This document shows, in pieces, positions 5,895 through 13,997 of a stretch of DNA of 19,972 bases. The stretch lies in contig JBFWVI010000051.1 of the NCBI GenBank assembly GCA_050246815.1, forward strand, positions 1 to 19,972, in the 5' to 3' direction. The number at the start of each line of letters is the position of its first letter. Within the stretch, counting starts at the first letter, position 1. This DNA is from Bdellovibrionales bacterium. Lineage in GTDB: Bacteria; Bdellovibrionota; Bdellovibrionia; Bdellovibrionales; UBA1609. Made by a program: the position numbers and the translations under genes. Below the pieces are notes generated by a model. It saw only the letters and a list, made by a program, of their open reading frames with translations. It was not told where the DNA came from and made no database searches.

Positions 5895-7856
5895 TTAGCG
5901 GCAGCGAAAACCCACTGATTGTTTCGTCAATTCGAGGGTTTTTGCCGTTTGCACAAGGCCGACGTTCTGAGCAAGGCGTTTTAAAAACTCGACCTCAAAC
6001 ATCTTCGCAGACCAACTGTCGAAGCCGCCTTCGGCCAATTCTTTTTGGATGGATGCGAACATCTGGTCCAGCTCCGTTTTGGTGGTTTTTGGATTGGCGA
6101 TCAAGCCAAGCCACAATTCAAAATTTTTCGAACGGCCGGCTGAACTTTTTTCTTTGGCTAGATTTTGATGTGCTGTCATAGCCTCAGTTTGATTCGTGGC
6201 CTTCATTAAATTCGCAAGATTTTGGAGGCTGAGCAGTTCTTCAGAGATCATTTGGTCAGCACGCTCGGGCAATAAGGCTTTCCATGAACGCGAAGCCACA
6301 TTTTTAAGGTGCTGAAAAACCTCTTCCGATCGTCCGATCAAAATTAAAAGATTGTAGTATTCACCGCAGGCAATGTGGCGAGTGGCCGCACAACGTCGCT
6401 CCCAAGTGGCTTCGGCCTCTTTCCATCTTTGACCAAAAAAATAAGAGTGTGCCAACAGATCGAGATTGTGCTCGTAATGCCAATCTTCCCACGGTTTAGC
6501 ATCATTCGCGGCAAACCATCTTTGATGCAATTGATCTGCTTGCTGGAACAGGCCAACAGCTTCTTGCCACTTGCCGATCTTGGGTAAAACATGGCCGTAC
6601 ATGTGGCTGGCATGGGCCAATTGCGGCGCGAGTTTTTGGAATTCACGGGCGTGTTCGACAGCCTGCCGATACTGATTTTGGTTTTCGAAAGAATGGATCA
6701 GATAATGATGGGCGCCGGGGTGCTGGGGGTTTATTTTTAAAGCGCCCAGCAGTGCCTGGTCGCTATATATACCCGCCAACACCAACAGGTTGGCATCTTG
6801 TACAGCGTGCGCGACTTTAAGAATTTTACGCGTCGCCATTTCTTTGGCCTCTGTGGTCGCGACCTTCAAAGTGATATCATACAATTTGCAGTTGATCATT
6901 TCTTCGATGCAGGACTTGGTCTCCAGATAGCGTGCGAAACTGATTTCGCCGGGTAAGCGGGGCATGACCTTTTGCACTTGGCGGGCCGCCATCAAAGGAC
7001 GCATGGTCTCGTCCTCGCCGTAGTTGTAGTAAAGCTCGTCCAGCGCCATCGACAGGGTCAAGTAGGCGGAATAAAACTGGGGTTCAAGCAAGAGCGCTTG
7101 CCTAAAAGAGCGGGCGGCGTCGACCCAGTGATAGCCAAACAGGTGAAATAAGCCCTGGTTATAGAAAGCCAATGCTTTTTCTTGGTTAGGCCCCGTCGGC
7201 AAAGACACTTTGGGTTTTAAATTAGGAATACCGGGATTCAAATCGATAGGCCGCAACAAAAGCGAAAGACTGGGACCAAAAACTTCGAGTCTTTTTTCAT
7301 TCTTGTCAGGATACCATTTGTAAGCAACTGGTTGAATGGGTGCCATGAACTTGGCCAGATGATTTTCCAATCCTTGTTGCACCTCTTTAACTGACGATGA
7401 GGTGGCCCACGGAGTATACTGCAAAAGTGCTCGGTCGCTGGGCAGGTCAATTAATATCATGTTGGGCACACCAGTCCCTGGCCAGGCGTAATCACTTTCA
7501 AGCTTTTGAAAAGAGCTCGAGCGGTCATCCAATTTAGCAAGTACGTATTTTTGGTTGAGTACGGCCAGTTGGTCGGGATGACTTTTAAAAAGCTGATCTA
7601 AGATCAAACAAGGGGGGCACCAATCGCCGCCAATAATCAAAAGCAAGTGTCGATTGGTCGAAATCGCCAGCTTTTTCGCCTCGTCATAGATTGTTTTTTG
7701 GTTGAACTCGGCAGAATCGCATTTTGGGTAAGCACGTCCGCCACATTGCTTTAAGTATTTGTTGTTATCGAACATGGGAAGTTCGGTTTGGGCGTTGGCC
7801 TGCACGAAGAAGGTCAAAACAAGCGGAGTAAAAAACAAATACTTCATTGAGATCAT
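5895..7856 (-). CDS. Secreted thioredoxin-like domain fused to a His-rich TPR domain
   Basis: SD AGGAG, signal peptide, LLLIIGGDWCPPC thioredoxin motif, then TPR helices (FYNQGLFHLFGYHWVDAARSFRQALLLEP) with HPGAHHYLIH, HASHMYGH and WHYEHN. ATG 7847 is an alternative start. Confidence 0.8.
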   Translation of the reverse strand: MISMKYLFFTPLVLTFFVQANAQTELPMFDNNKYLKQCGGRAYPKCDSAEFNQKTIYDEAKKLAISTNRHLLLIIGGDWCPPCLILDQLFKSHPDQLAVLNQKYVLAKLDDRSSSFQKLESDYAWPGTGVPNMILIDLPSDRALLQYTPWATSSSVKEVQQGLENHLAKFMAPIQPVAYKWYPDKNEKRLEVFGPSLSLLLRPIDLNPGIPNLKPKVSLPTGPNQEKALAFYNQGLFHLFGYHWVDAARSFRQALLLEPQFYSAYLTLSMALDELYYNYGEDETMRPLMAARQVQKVMPRLPGEISFARYLETKSCIEEMINCKLYDITLKVATTEAKEMATRKILKVAHAVQDANLLVLAGIYSDQALLGALKINPQHPGAHHYLIHSFENQNQYRQAVEHAREFQKLAPQLAHASHMYGHVLPKIGKWQEAVGLFQQADQLHQRWFAANDAKPWEDWHYEHNLDLLAHSYFFGQRWKEAEATWERRCAATRHIACGEYYNLLILIGRSEEVFQHLKNVASRSWKALLPERADQMISEELLSLQNLANLMKATNQTEAMTAHQNLAKEKSSAGRSKNFELWLGLIANPKTTKTELDQMFASIQKELAEGGFDSWSAKMFEVEFLKRLAQNVGLVQTAKTLELTKQSVGFRCR

Positions 7857-8041
7857 TGAGATCTCCTAAGCTCCGCGATGACCAGGGCCGAAAAAGAGCC
7901 CAAGGTGTAAAATCCATAAACGCGGCGGCGGGCTAAATGGAGGGATTTCGTCACGCTTGATATCATGGAAGACTGTTTTGCAAAGACGGGGCCACCGCTT
8001 TCAATGCCGAATACCGAAAGAGTACTTGTGGCTGCAGCGCC

Positions 8042-9145
8042 TTAGGTCGCGGCCAGCTCTTGCGGAATTTTTTGCTCTTGGATGGCTTTTGAGATTTTTA
8101 AGTGATCAGGGTGACCGATCATCTGTGAGGCTTCGCTCCAGGGCAGGGGGTCAGGATTGGCAAGCAACTCTTTTTTCAAGGCCACAACACGCTTAAAGCT
8201 TTCTTCGATTTGCGCCATTTTGACGTTGCCGTCGGCGATGGCTTTTTTGACCATCTCGAGTGCACGTGGTGGGCGATCGTGTTCGTTGCAGTAAAGCAGA
8301 ATGTCGCAGCCAGCCTGCAACGCCCGCACCGGGATCATGTCGCGGTCATAGTGGGCGGCCAAGGCCTTCATATCTAAATCGTCGCTGATCACTAAATTTC
8401 TGTAGCGCAATTGTCCGCGCAGGATTTTTTGAATGAAAACTTCAGATAAAGTCACGGGCCACTCGGGGTCGACCTTGGGGAATTTAATGTGAGCGGTCAT
8501 CACCATGTCGACCCTGGCGCGAAAAACTTTTTTAAACGGCACCAGCTCCACTTCATCCAAGCGCTCCATGCTGGCGTCTTCCACCGGTAAATCCAGATGG
8601 CTGTCGATCACGGTGTGGCCGTGACCGGGGAAGTGTTTGGCGCAAGCGATCACGCCGCTTTTGATGTAGCCGCGCACCACGGCCGAGGCCATTTTGGCGA
8701 CCTGTTCGGGGTCGGTGGAAAAGGCGCGGTCGCCGATGACGGTGTTTTTCGGATTGGTGAACACGTCAATGCAAGGGGCATAGTCCAAGTTGATGCCGAC
8801 GGCTTTCAGCTCGGAGCCCATCGACATCGCAAAACGAAAAGCCACCGAGGTGGAATCCAAAGCTCCGATTTTGGCAGCGGCGGGCCACTGAGTAAAGGGG
8901 GCTTTCAAGCGCGCCACGCGGCCGCCCTCCATATCGATCGAAATGAACAGGGGAAGTTTGTCTTTGGTTTTATGGCGCAAGGCTTGAACATCGCTACAAA
9001 GTTTATGGATCTCTTGCGGGGTGCCCAAGTTCCGGTCGAACAAAATCACACCGCCGATATCATTTTTAATGATGAAGTCGCTCTCTTTGGCCGAGAGAGT
9101 TTTGCCTTCTAAGCCGATCATGAACAATTGGCCGATCTTTTCCAC
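8042..9145 (-). CDS. nagZ: Beta-N-acetylhexosaminidase (GH3 NagZ)
   Basis: GGVILFDRN, IDMEGGRVARL, KHFPGHG followed by DSH (NagZ catalytic loop) and ISDDL (nucleophile). Single domain, no signal peptide, SD GGGAG before GTG. Confidence 0.95.
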   Translation of the reverse strand: MEKIGQLFMIGLEGKTLSAKESDFIIKNDIGGVILFDRNLGTPQEIHKLCSDVQALRHKTKDKLPLFISIDMEGGRVARLKAPFTQWPAAAKIGALDSTSVAFRFAMSMGSELKAVGINLDYAPCIDVFTNPKNTVIGDRAFSTDPEQVAKMASAVVRGYIKSGVIACAKHFPGHGHTVIDSHLDLPVEDASMERLDEVELVPFKKVFRARVDMVMTAHIKFPKVDPEWPVTLSEVFIQKILRGQLRYRNLVISDDLDMKALAAHYDRDMIPVRALQAGCDILLYCNEHDRPPRALEMVKKAIADGNVKMAQIEESFKRVVALKKELLANPDPLPWSEASQMIGHPDHLKISKAIQEQKIPQELAAT

Positions 9146-9253
9146 AGTCGCTCCCGTTTTTCGAATTATGCGCGTCTATTTATTTTGTCCGCCCACAGAA
9201 AGCTTGTCCAACCTCGGCCCATGGCGCCACGGTACCCTAGACCAGGGTCGAGG

Positions 9254-10171
9254 TCACTTGACCGTGCTGCCCTCGGCTGTGCTGGGTTTGGGGTCCGGAA
9301 CTTTTGGTGCCGGTGTGAACGGCACCTTGGTGGTCGGGTGTTTGGGTGAAGGAGTCGAAGGCTGGGGGGCAACGGTTGGGGCATCGCCCTGTAGGATCGT
9401 CAGCTTTGACGCCAAGACATTCACTTTGCCTGTGGGCACCGCGCCGAACAGAATCTTCAAGGTGTCATTTGGCAAAATAAAGCCCTTCGTGGCCTCGGCG
9501 GGGTTGGCCACAAGCTCTGTGCTGATATTTTGTAGTGGCGAAGTCGTGCCCAGAACTTCGCCTTTGGCGGTGACGAAGCTGATAAACTCGGTGCCTTTGA
9601 AATTGTTGACCACTCGATAGGCTTTTTGGCCCCTGTAATCCTCTTCGTTTTTGATCAAGGCTTCGCCTGAGTAGGCGGCGCCATCTTCTTCTGCTATGGC
9701 CGAATAAACGAATTTTTTTTCTGCCTTAAGGCCATTTTGCAGCATCAGATAGCCTAAAAAGGTCGAAAGAAAAGTGCCCTTTTTAACAGCCACACTGATT
9801 GGATGGGGTGTTTTTCCATCAGTCCTGGTGCCAGTCATTTTGTCTTTGGCAAATTTGGCGTCGATCATTTTGGCTTTGTCACCGGTTTTGGTCACGTATT
9901 GGTAGCTGACCGGTTGAAACTTGTCGTTGGCCACGGCCTTCAGACTTTCAGTCAAATCACCGCCCGTGGCATTGGTTTTCAGGAATGACGTGGCGGTGAA
10001 TTGCTTCTTCTTGGCATCGAACTCATAGCGCTGAATGGTGTAGCCGATCGGCGTGGTCCCAGAGCGAATGATCGAATAACCTTCAAACATGACCTCGGCG
10101 TAGGCCCAAGGGCTAGCCACAAAAGCCGCAAGGATCAAACAACCTGCTTTATATTTCAATTTATCGACCAT
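9254..10171 (-). CDS. Secreted beta-rich hypothetical protein with Pro/Thr-rich C-terminal tail
   Basis: Long ORF with signal peptide ending AYA, a beta-strand-like pattern and a low-complexity tail (PTVAPQPSTPSPKHPTTKVPFTPAPKVPDPKP). Start uncertain (10180, 10171 or 10159). Confidence 0.8.
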   Translation of the reverse strand: MVDKLKYKAGCLILAAFVASPWAYAEVMFEGYSIIRSGTTPIGYTIQRYEFDAKKKQFTATSFLKTNATGGDLTESLKAVANDKFQPVSYQYVTKTGDKAKMIDAKFAKDKMTGTRTDGKTPHPISVAVKKGTFLSTFLGYLMLQNGLKAEKKFVYSAIAEEDGAAYSGEALIKNEEDYRGQKAYRVVNNFKGTEFISFVTAKGEVLGTTSPLQNISTELVANPAEATKGFILPNDTLKILFGAVPTGKVNVLASKLTILQGDAPTVAPQPSTPSPKHPTTKVPFTPAPKVPDPKPSTAEGSTVK

Positions 10172-10199
10172 GGTCCACAAGCCTTCAGTGAAAGAGTGT

Positions 10200-10208
10200 T
10201 GTTATAAT
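10200..10208 (+). promoter_or_regulatory. Extended -10 sigma70 promoter (TGnTATAAT) for the Tad-domain gene
   Basis: TG-T-TATAAT at 10200-10208, then 7 nt to GTG 10216. No SD. Confidence 0.55.
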
Positions 10209-10215
10209 TCTGTCT

Positions 10216-12237
10216 GTGACTAACCGCCGCGGTCAAATGGCGATCTTCATCGCCTTGATATTTCAAGTTCTGTTCGTGCTTTTTGCCATGGCCATCAACG
10301 TGGCTTTGGTGGTGCACGACAAAATCAATTTGCAAAACGCGGTGGACCTGGCCGCTTATTACGCGGCCGAGCGCCAAGCTGAAATTCTAAACGTCATCGC
10401 TCATGAAAACTACATGATTCGTCAGTCCTGGAAGCTGTTGGCCTGGCGCTATCGGGTGCTGGGGGCCTCGGGCGTGCAGACGCCGATGCGCCATCCGGTC
10501 GAATCGGGCTCGCTGCAAGATGTCCCGTTTGTCTATGATGGGGGGCGCTTGGACCCAGCTGTTTGCGTGATCCATGCGCGTAATTGGCTGAATGTGGACA
10601 CAGCGGAAAGTTTATGCAAGCAGCCCAATGTCAACATTCCGCCACTGCCGCAGGTGCCGGTCATCGCGGGTTTTTTGCCGTTCAACTTTGCGTTTGCCAG
10701 TCTTGCCGCCCGATTGCGCAATCAGCAAGCGGACAACTGCAATATTTTTGGCGCTTACAATTGGTGGTTTGCGGCGGCGTCTTTGCAAGCCTTTCGGCAA
10801 GATCAGCATAACCGCAAGCAGGTGATTTACGCTTTGGCGAGCAATTTGAACAATCGCCCCGGCCCAGACTTTATTGATTTGAATGGCAGTTCGGTCGAGG
10901 CCGGCACTTACAAGACCTACGTAAAAAATCTGACGTACGCCAATACCCAGGCGCAAACCGAATTTCAAATGTTCAATTCGCTGCGTGGTCTAAGACGTGA
11001 TCAGTGGCTGCCCGATGTCGAGATCGCACCGATCATGACTTATATCGACCCGTCACCGGGCGCGGGTTGCATCGGTGGTTCAAGTCCCGTCAGCCAGTTG
11101 CCTCAGCGATCGCAGGCGCAAAGTTTGGCGCTGACACCGCTTGCCAGTGGTGGATTGGGCTTGCAGGACTTGGCGCCTTGGATGACGACGGGATCAGGGT
11201 ATTTGCCCAACAATCCATATCAGTATTCAATGGGTGTCGAAAAAAATCCCTGGGCCATGGTGTACGTGGGGGTGAGGGCAGAAACCGCTCCCAGGCAAAT
11301 CTTTTTTCCGTTTGGCAATGCCATCCGTATGACCGCCAGAGCTTACGCCAAACCTTTTGGCGGCCGCATCGGCCCGTGGTATGGCTCGCGCTGGTCACGG
11401 GGCAGTGACCGCTCAACCGGGGCCGACACGGACTCTTTGGTGGCACCGCGATTGGCGGCGGGTGGAATTATGAATTCGCCACAGGATCCAAGGCGGCTGC
11501 CAAATTATTCGCGCTTTCCGGGTGATCAGTTGGGTTTGCGCTCACAGTTGGCATTGAATGGTTTGGCCGGCTTAGCAGGTCTTCGTTCGCCCAACGACGT
11601 ATTTCAACACATTTGGTTGCCGATGCAAACGGGTGGCTACAATGACATCCTGGCGTTTGACACGTTCACCAATACGATCCCGGCCATTCGAAAACTTGAA
11701 ATTGCCGCCGTGTCGCCCGATCTTTTTGATGTGACCTATTATTCGATCGAACCTAATTTTGGCGTGCACTACCTGCCCAAACTCATCGCCAACCGCACGC
11801 AGTTGGGCATTCCAAACAATGTGGTGCTGCGCGGGGATTTGGGTATGAATCAGATTTTAAACAACATGACTTTTTCGGTGCAAAACCAAATCGAAGTGGC
11901 GGCGGGGACCACGTCTCCGCCCCCGGTGCATCGACCGCAGGCGTATTATTTTATTCGCGATAAAACCAATTTGTTGACCGCATGGGCCAGTGGCGAGATG
12001 CCGTTCGAATACGGCACGTTCCCAGTTGACCGCTTTGGCCGTTGCGCAATGCCGGATGATCCCTATCAGGCAAATTTTAAAGTGCCCGGTTCTTGTTTGG
12101 CACAAGGCGGGCGCACCGGCTATTCAGTGAAGCTGATTTCGCGCGATTACCTGTATTCGACCGGGCATCCGATCGGCGGTGATGGCGAAGCGCCCGGCGC
12201 CCTGATCAATCCGCCACCCACGGGCACAGGCTGGTGA
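10216..12237 (+). CDS. TadE/TadG-like Flp-pilus pseudopilin (Tad domain) with a large C-terminal region
   Basis: MTNRRG|QMAIFIALIFQVLFVLFAMAINVALVVHDKINLQNAVDLAAYYAA is a typical Tad N-terminus: basic leader, Gly cleavage site, TM helix and LQxAxDxAA. The remaining ~600 aa match nothing I recognise. Confidence 0.85.
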   Translation: MTNRRGQMAIFIALIFQVLFVLFAMAINVALVVHDKINLQNAVDLAAYYAAERQAEILNVIAHENYMIRQSWKLLAWRYRVLGASGVQTPMRHPVESGSLQDVPFVYDGGRLDPAVCVIHARNWLNVDTAESLCKQPNVNIPPLPQVPVIAGFLPFNFAFASLAARLRNQQADNCNIFGAYNWWFAAASLQAFRQDQHNRKQVIYALASNLNNRPGPDFIDLNGSSVEAGTYKTYVKNLTYANTQAQTEFQMFNSLRGLRRDQWLPDVEIAPIMTYIDPSPGAGCIGGSSPVSQLPQRSQAQSLALTPLASGGLGLQDLAPWMTTGSGYLPNNPYQYSMGVEKNPWAMVYVGVRAETAPRQIFFPFGNAIRMTARAYAKPFGGRIGPWYGSRWSRGSDRSTGADTDSLVAPRLAAGGIMNSPQDPRRLPNYSRFPGDQLGLRSQLALNGLAGLAGLRSPNDVFQHIWLPMQTGGYNDILAFDTFTNTIPAIRKLEIAAVSPDLFDVTYYSIEPNFGVHYLPKLIANRTQLGIPNNVVLRGDLGMNQILNNMTFSVQNQIEVAAGTTSPPPVHRPQAYYFIRDKTNLLTAWASGEMPFEYGTFPVDRFGRCAMPDDPYQANFKVPGSCLAQGGRTGYSVKLISRDYLYSTGHPIGGDGEAPGALINPPPTGTGW

Positions 12238-12254
12238 GATCTCATTCTGAGACA
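12235..12254. promoter_or_regulatory. Palindromic motif TCTCA-N3-TGAGACA (copy 1), overlapping the palindrome TGAGATCTCA
   Basis: TCTCA-TTC-TGAGACA at 12240-12254; a near-identical copy lies at 19927-19941. Confidence 0.4.
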
Positions 12255-12416
12255 CTTCGCTGACAATTTTCGGCCTGTTTTTCGCAAGACTATTGTTTAT
12301 GTTTAGTCCAAAGGCGCAAATGACGGGGGCCGCGTGTCTTCGGGTGCACGATCATCAGACAGTTGTCGAGATCCTGTTCACACCTGATTTTCACTCGAGA
12401 AACCGCACCAAAGTCC

Positions 12417-12443
12417 TTAAGCGGGACAGGTCTTGGACCGAAA
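12417..12443 (+). promoter_or_regulatory. Putative sigma28 (FliA)-type promoter of the secreted-protein pair
   Basis: TTAAG (12417-12421)-N16-CCGAAA (12438-12443), followed by SD GAGAGG and ATG 12466. Confidence 0.5.
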
Positions 12444-12465
12444 AGAAAAGAGAGAGGAAACACCC

Positions 12466-13980
12466 ATGACCAAAATCAAATGGACCTTTGCCGCTTACGC
12501 AATCACAATGCTTTTTTCTTATGCGGCCAATGCAGATTTGGCGGGTGAATGTGCAAAAGCCGTCGGTGCTTCGAATATTGATTTGGTGCAGGATTGCGTG
12601 ACCATGATCAATGCCAACTGCACGGGAAACAGCCGCACGGCGACTTGTCAGAACGCATTTTTAAACGAAATGCGTTCCGGCGGGATGGTTGAGCGCGCTG
12701 ACCAACAGGGCCGTGAAGTTCCTCCCCCCGCGCGCACGGCTCAGCCGGGTGGTGCTCAGCCGCAAGGCGCCGCTGCTCAGCAACAAGTCGCAGCTCGAGG
12801 CGACTACTCTTCAATTCAACAGTGTGCGGATATGTCGAGTGATGCGAAAGCCTTTTGCACCGACCCAATCGCTTTTTCTTCAGACAACGAAGTCAAAATC
12901 GGCAGCCGTGAAAACGCCCAGATGGTCGGCAACCTGGTGATGTTGGGTGGCGTGATGAGCGCCAGTAGCTCAAATGGCGGTGACAGAAAGCTTTGCAGCT
13001 TGATGCAAGGCGGGGGCACAGCAGTTTTAGGTTTGAATGCCACGTTCGCAACTCGCTGCACGGCATTTATTAATGATTGTGAAACCAAGTGTGCCGAAGC
13101 CTCCACGACGGCGGGTACCGTTCAAGGCTCGATCCACGTGCGAGTCGGCAAAGTCGACAAAGTTTTAACGGGCAGCGTGGACGCCTCTTCTTTTGTCGAC
13201 GGACAGATCCGCGTCTGTAATTCGCAACGAAACAAAGCCGCTGAAATGACCAGCTCGGCCGGACAAAGCTTTATGGCGATGCAAATGGGTCGTTTGTGTA
13301 AAGAAGCGGCAGATGCGAACACCTCTTTGGCCGCGACGATGGCTCCGCCCGAGATGCCGGTCGTGGGCACGGATTGCGTGACGAACCCGTCTGACCCGAT
13401 GTGCGGCAACAACGGCACGGGTGGTGTGGGCAGTGGCTCTAATAGCACTTACACCGACAGCACCAGTGGCGCGATGGATGGCAAGGGCACGGATGATTTT
13501 AACGTTGCCGCAGACGCGTTGACCGACACGCAGCAGGCCGGTGTGCCCGGCGGTGGTGCCGGTGAAGGCAGCAAGAACAGTGGCGTCGCCAATGGCGGCG
13601 GCCAAATGTTAGGTGGCGGTGGACAGGGCGGAATCGGTGGCGGAGGCGATGAAAAGGGCGGTCGCGGTCAAGGCGGCGGCTACAAAACAGATATTTTACA
13701 AGGCGAGCGCGCCGGCGGTGGTTACAACGTCGCTCAAGGCGGCGGTTTTGCTTCTGGCAGCGGCTGGAGCGGCTACGGCAACAACGGCACGCAAGAGAGA
13801 GGCTCGGGCCTTGATCTGCGCAAATTTTTACCTGGGCAGCAAAACGTTCCGGTGCGTGGTCCGGCGGGCTTGAACCGCGTCAATGCCGAGGTGGCCCCCA
13901 TGCACGAAGATATTTTCAAAAAGATTTCAGTTCGCGTGCTTGTGGTTTGTCGTACCAATCGCCTGAAAGACTGCAAATAA
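12466..13980 (+). CDS. Secreted Cys-rich/Gly-rich hypothetical protein
   Basis: SD GAGAGGA, signal peptide ending ANA, 16 Cys, internal small-residue hydrophobic segments, long Gly-rich tract, C-terminal RGPAG...EDIFKKISVR. Start moved from 12433 to ATG 12466. Confidence 0.85.
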   Translation: MTKIKWTFAAYAITMLFSYAANADLAGECAKAVGASNIDLVQDCVTMINANCTGNSRTATCQNAFLNEMRSGGMVERADQQGREVPPPARTAQPGGAQPQGAAAQQQVAARGDYSSIQQCADMSSDAKAFCTDPIAFSSDNEVKIGSRENAQMVGNLVMLGGVMSASSSNGGDRKLCSLMQGGGTAVLGLNATFATRCTAFINDCETKCAEASTTAGTVQGSIHVRVGKVDKVLTGSVDASSFVDGQIRVCNSQRNKAAEMTSSAGQSFMAMQMGRLCKEAADANTSLAATMAPPEMPVVGTDCVTNPSDPMCGNNGTGGVGSGSNSTYTDSTSGAMDGKGTDDFNVAADALTDTQQAGVPGGGAGEGSKNSGVANGGGQMLGGGGQGGIGGGGDEKGGRGQGGGYKTDILQGERAGGGYNVAQGGGFASGSGWSGYGNNGTQERGSGLDLRKFLPGQQNVPVRGPAGLNRVNAEVAPMHEDIFKKISVRVLVVCRTNRLKDCK

Positions 13981-13997
13981 AGCGGAGAGCATAAAGA

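Noticed and set aside
7845..7863. 9-nt tandem duplication (GATCTCAAT x2 on the minus strand) at the thioredoxin-TPR start
   Set aside because: Only two copies; it merely creates two alternative ATGs.
7857..8041. 185-bp intergenic region as a possible riboswitch or sRNA
   Set aside because: No recognisable aptamer motif, convincing stem or terminator; the 7957..8196 ORF has no SD and overlaps nagZ antisense.
10160..10188. sigma28-like TGAAG-N15-TCGATAA on the minus strand
   Set aside because: Spacing is one base shorter than the other sites and it overlaps the probable start codons.
12280..12370. Possible c-di-GMP-I riboswitch (GGCGCAAA, cUUCGg hairpin)
   Set aside because: The GCAAA...GAAA-tetraloop P2 and a P1 stem could not be built, and it lies upstream of the predicted promoter. 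An Infernal search would settle it.
13540..13800. GGC/GGT-rich tract as a tandem repeat or CRISPR-like array
   Set aside because: Irregular Gly codons in a coding region, with no fixed repeat-spacer period.
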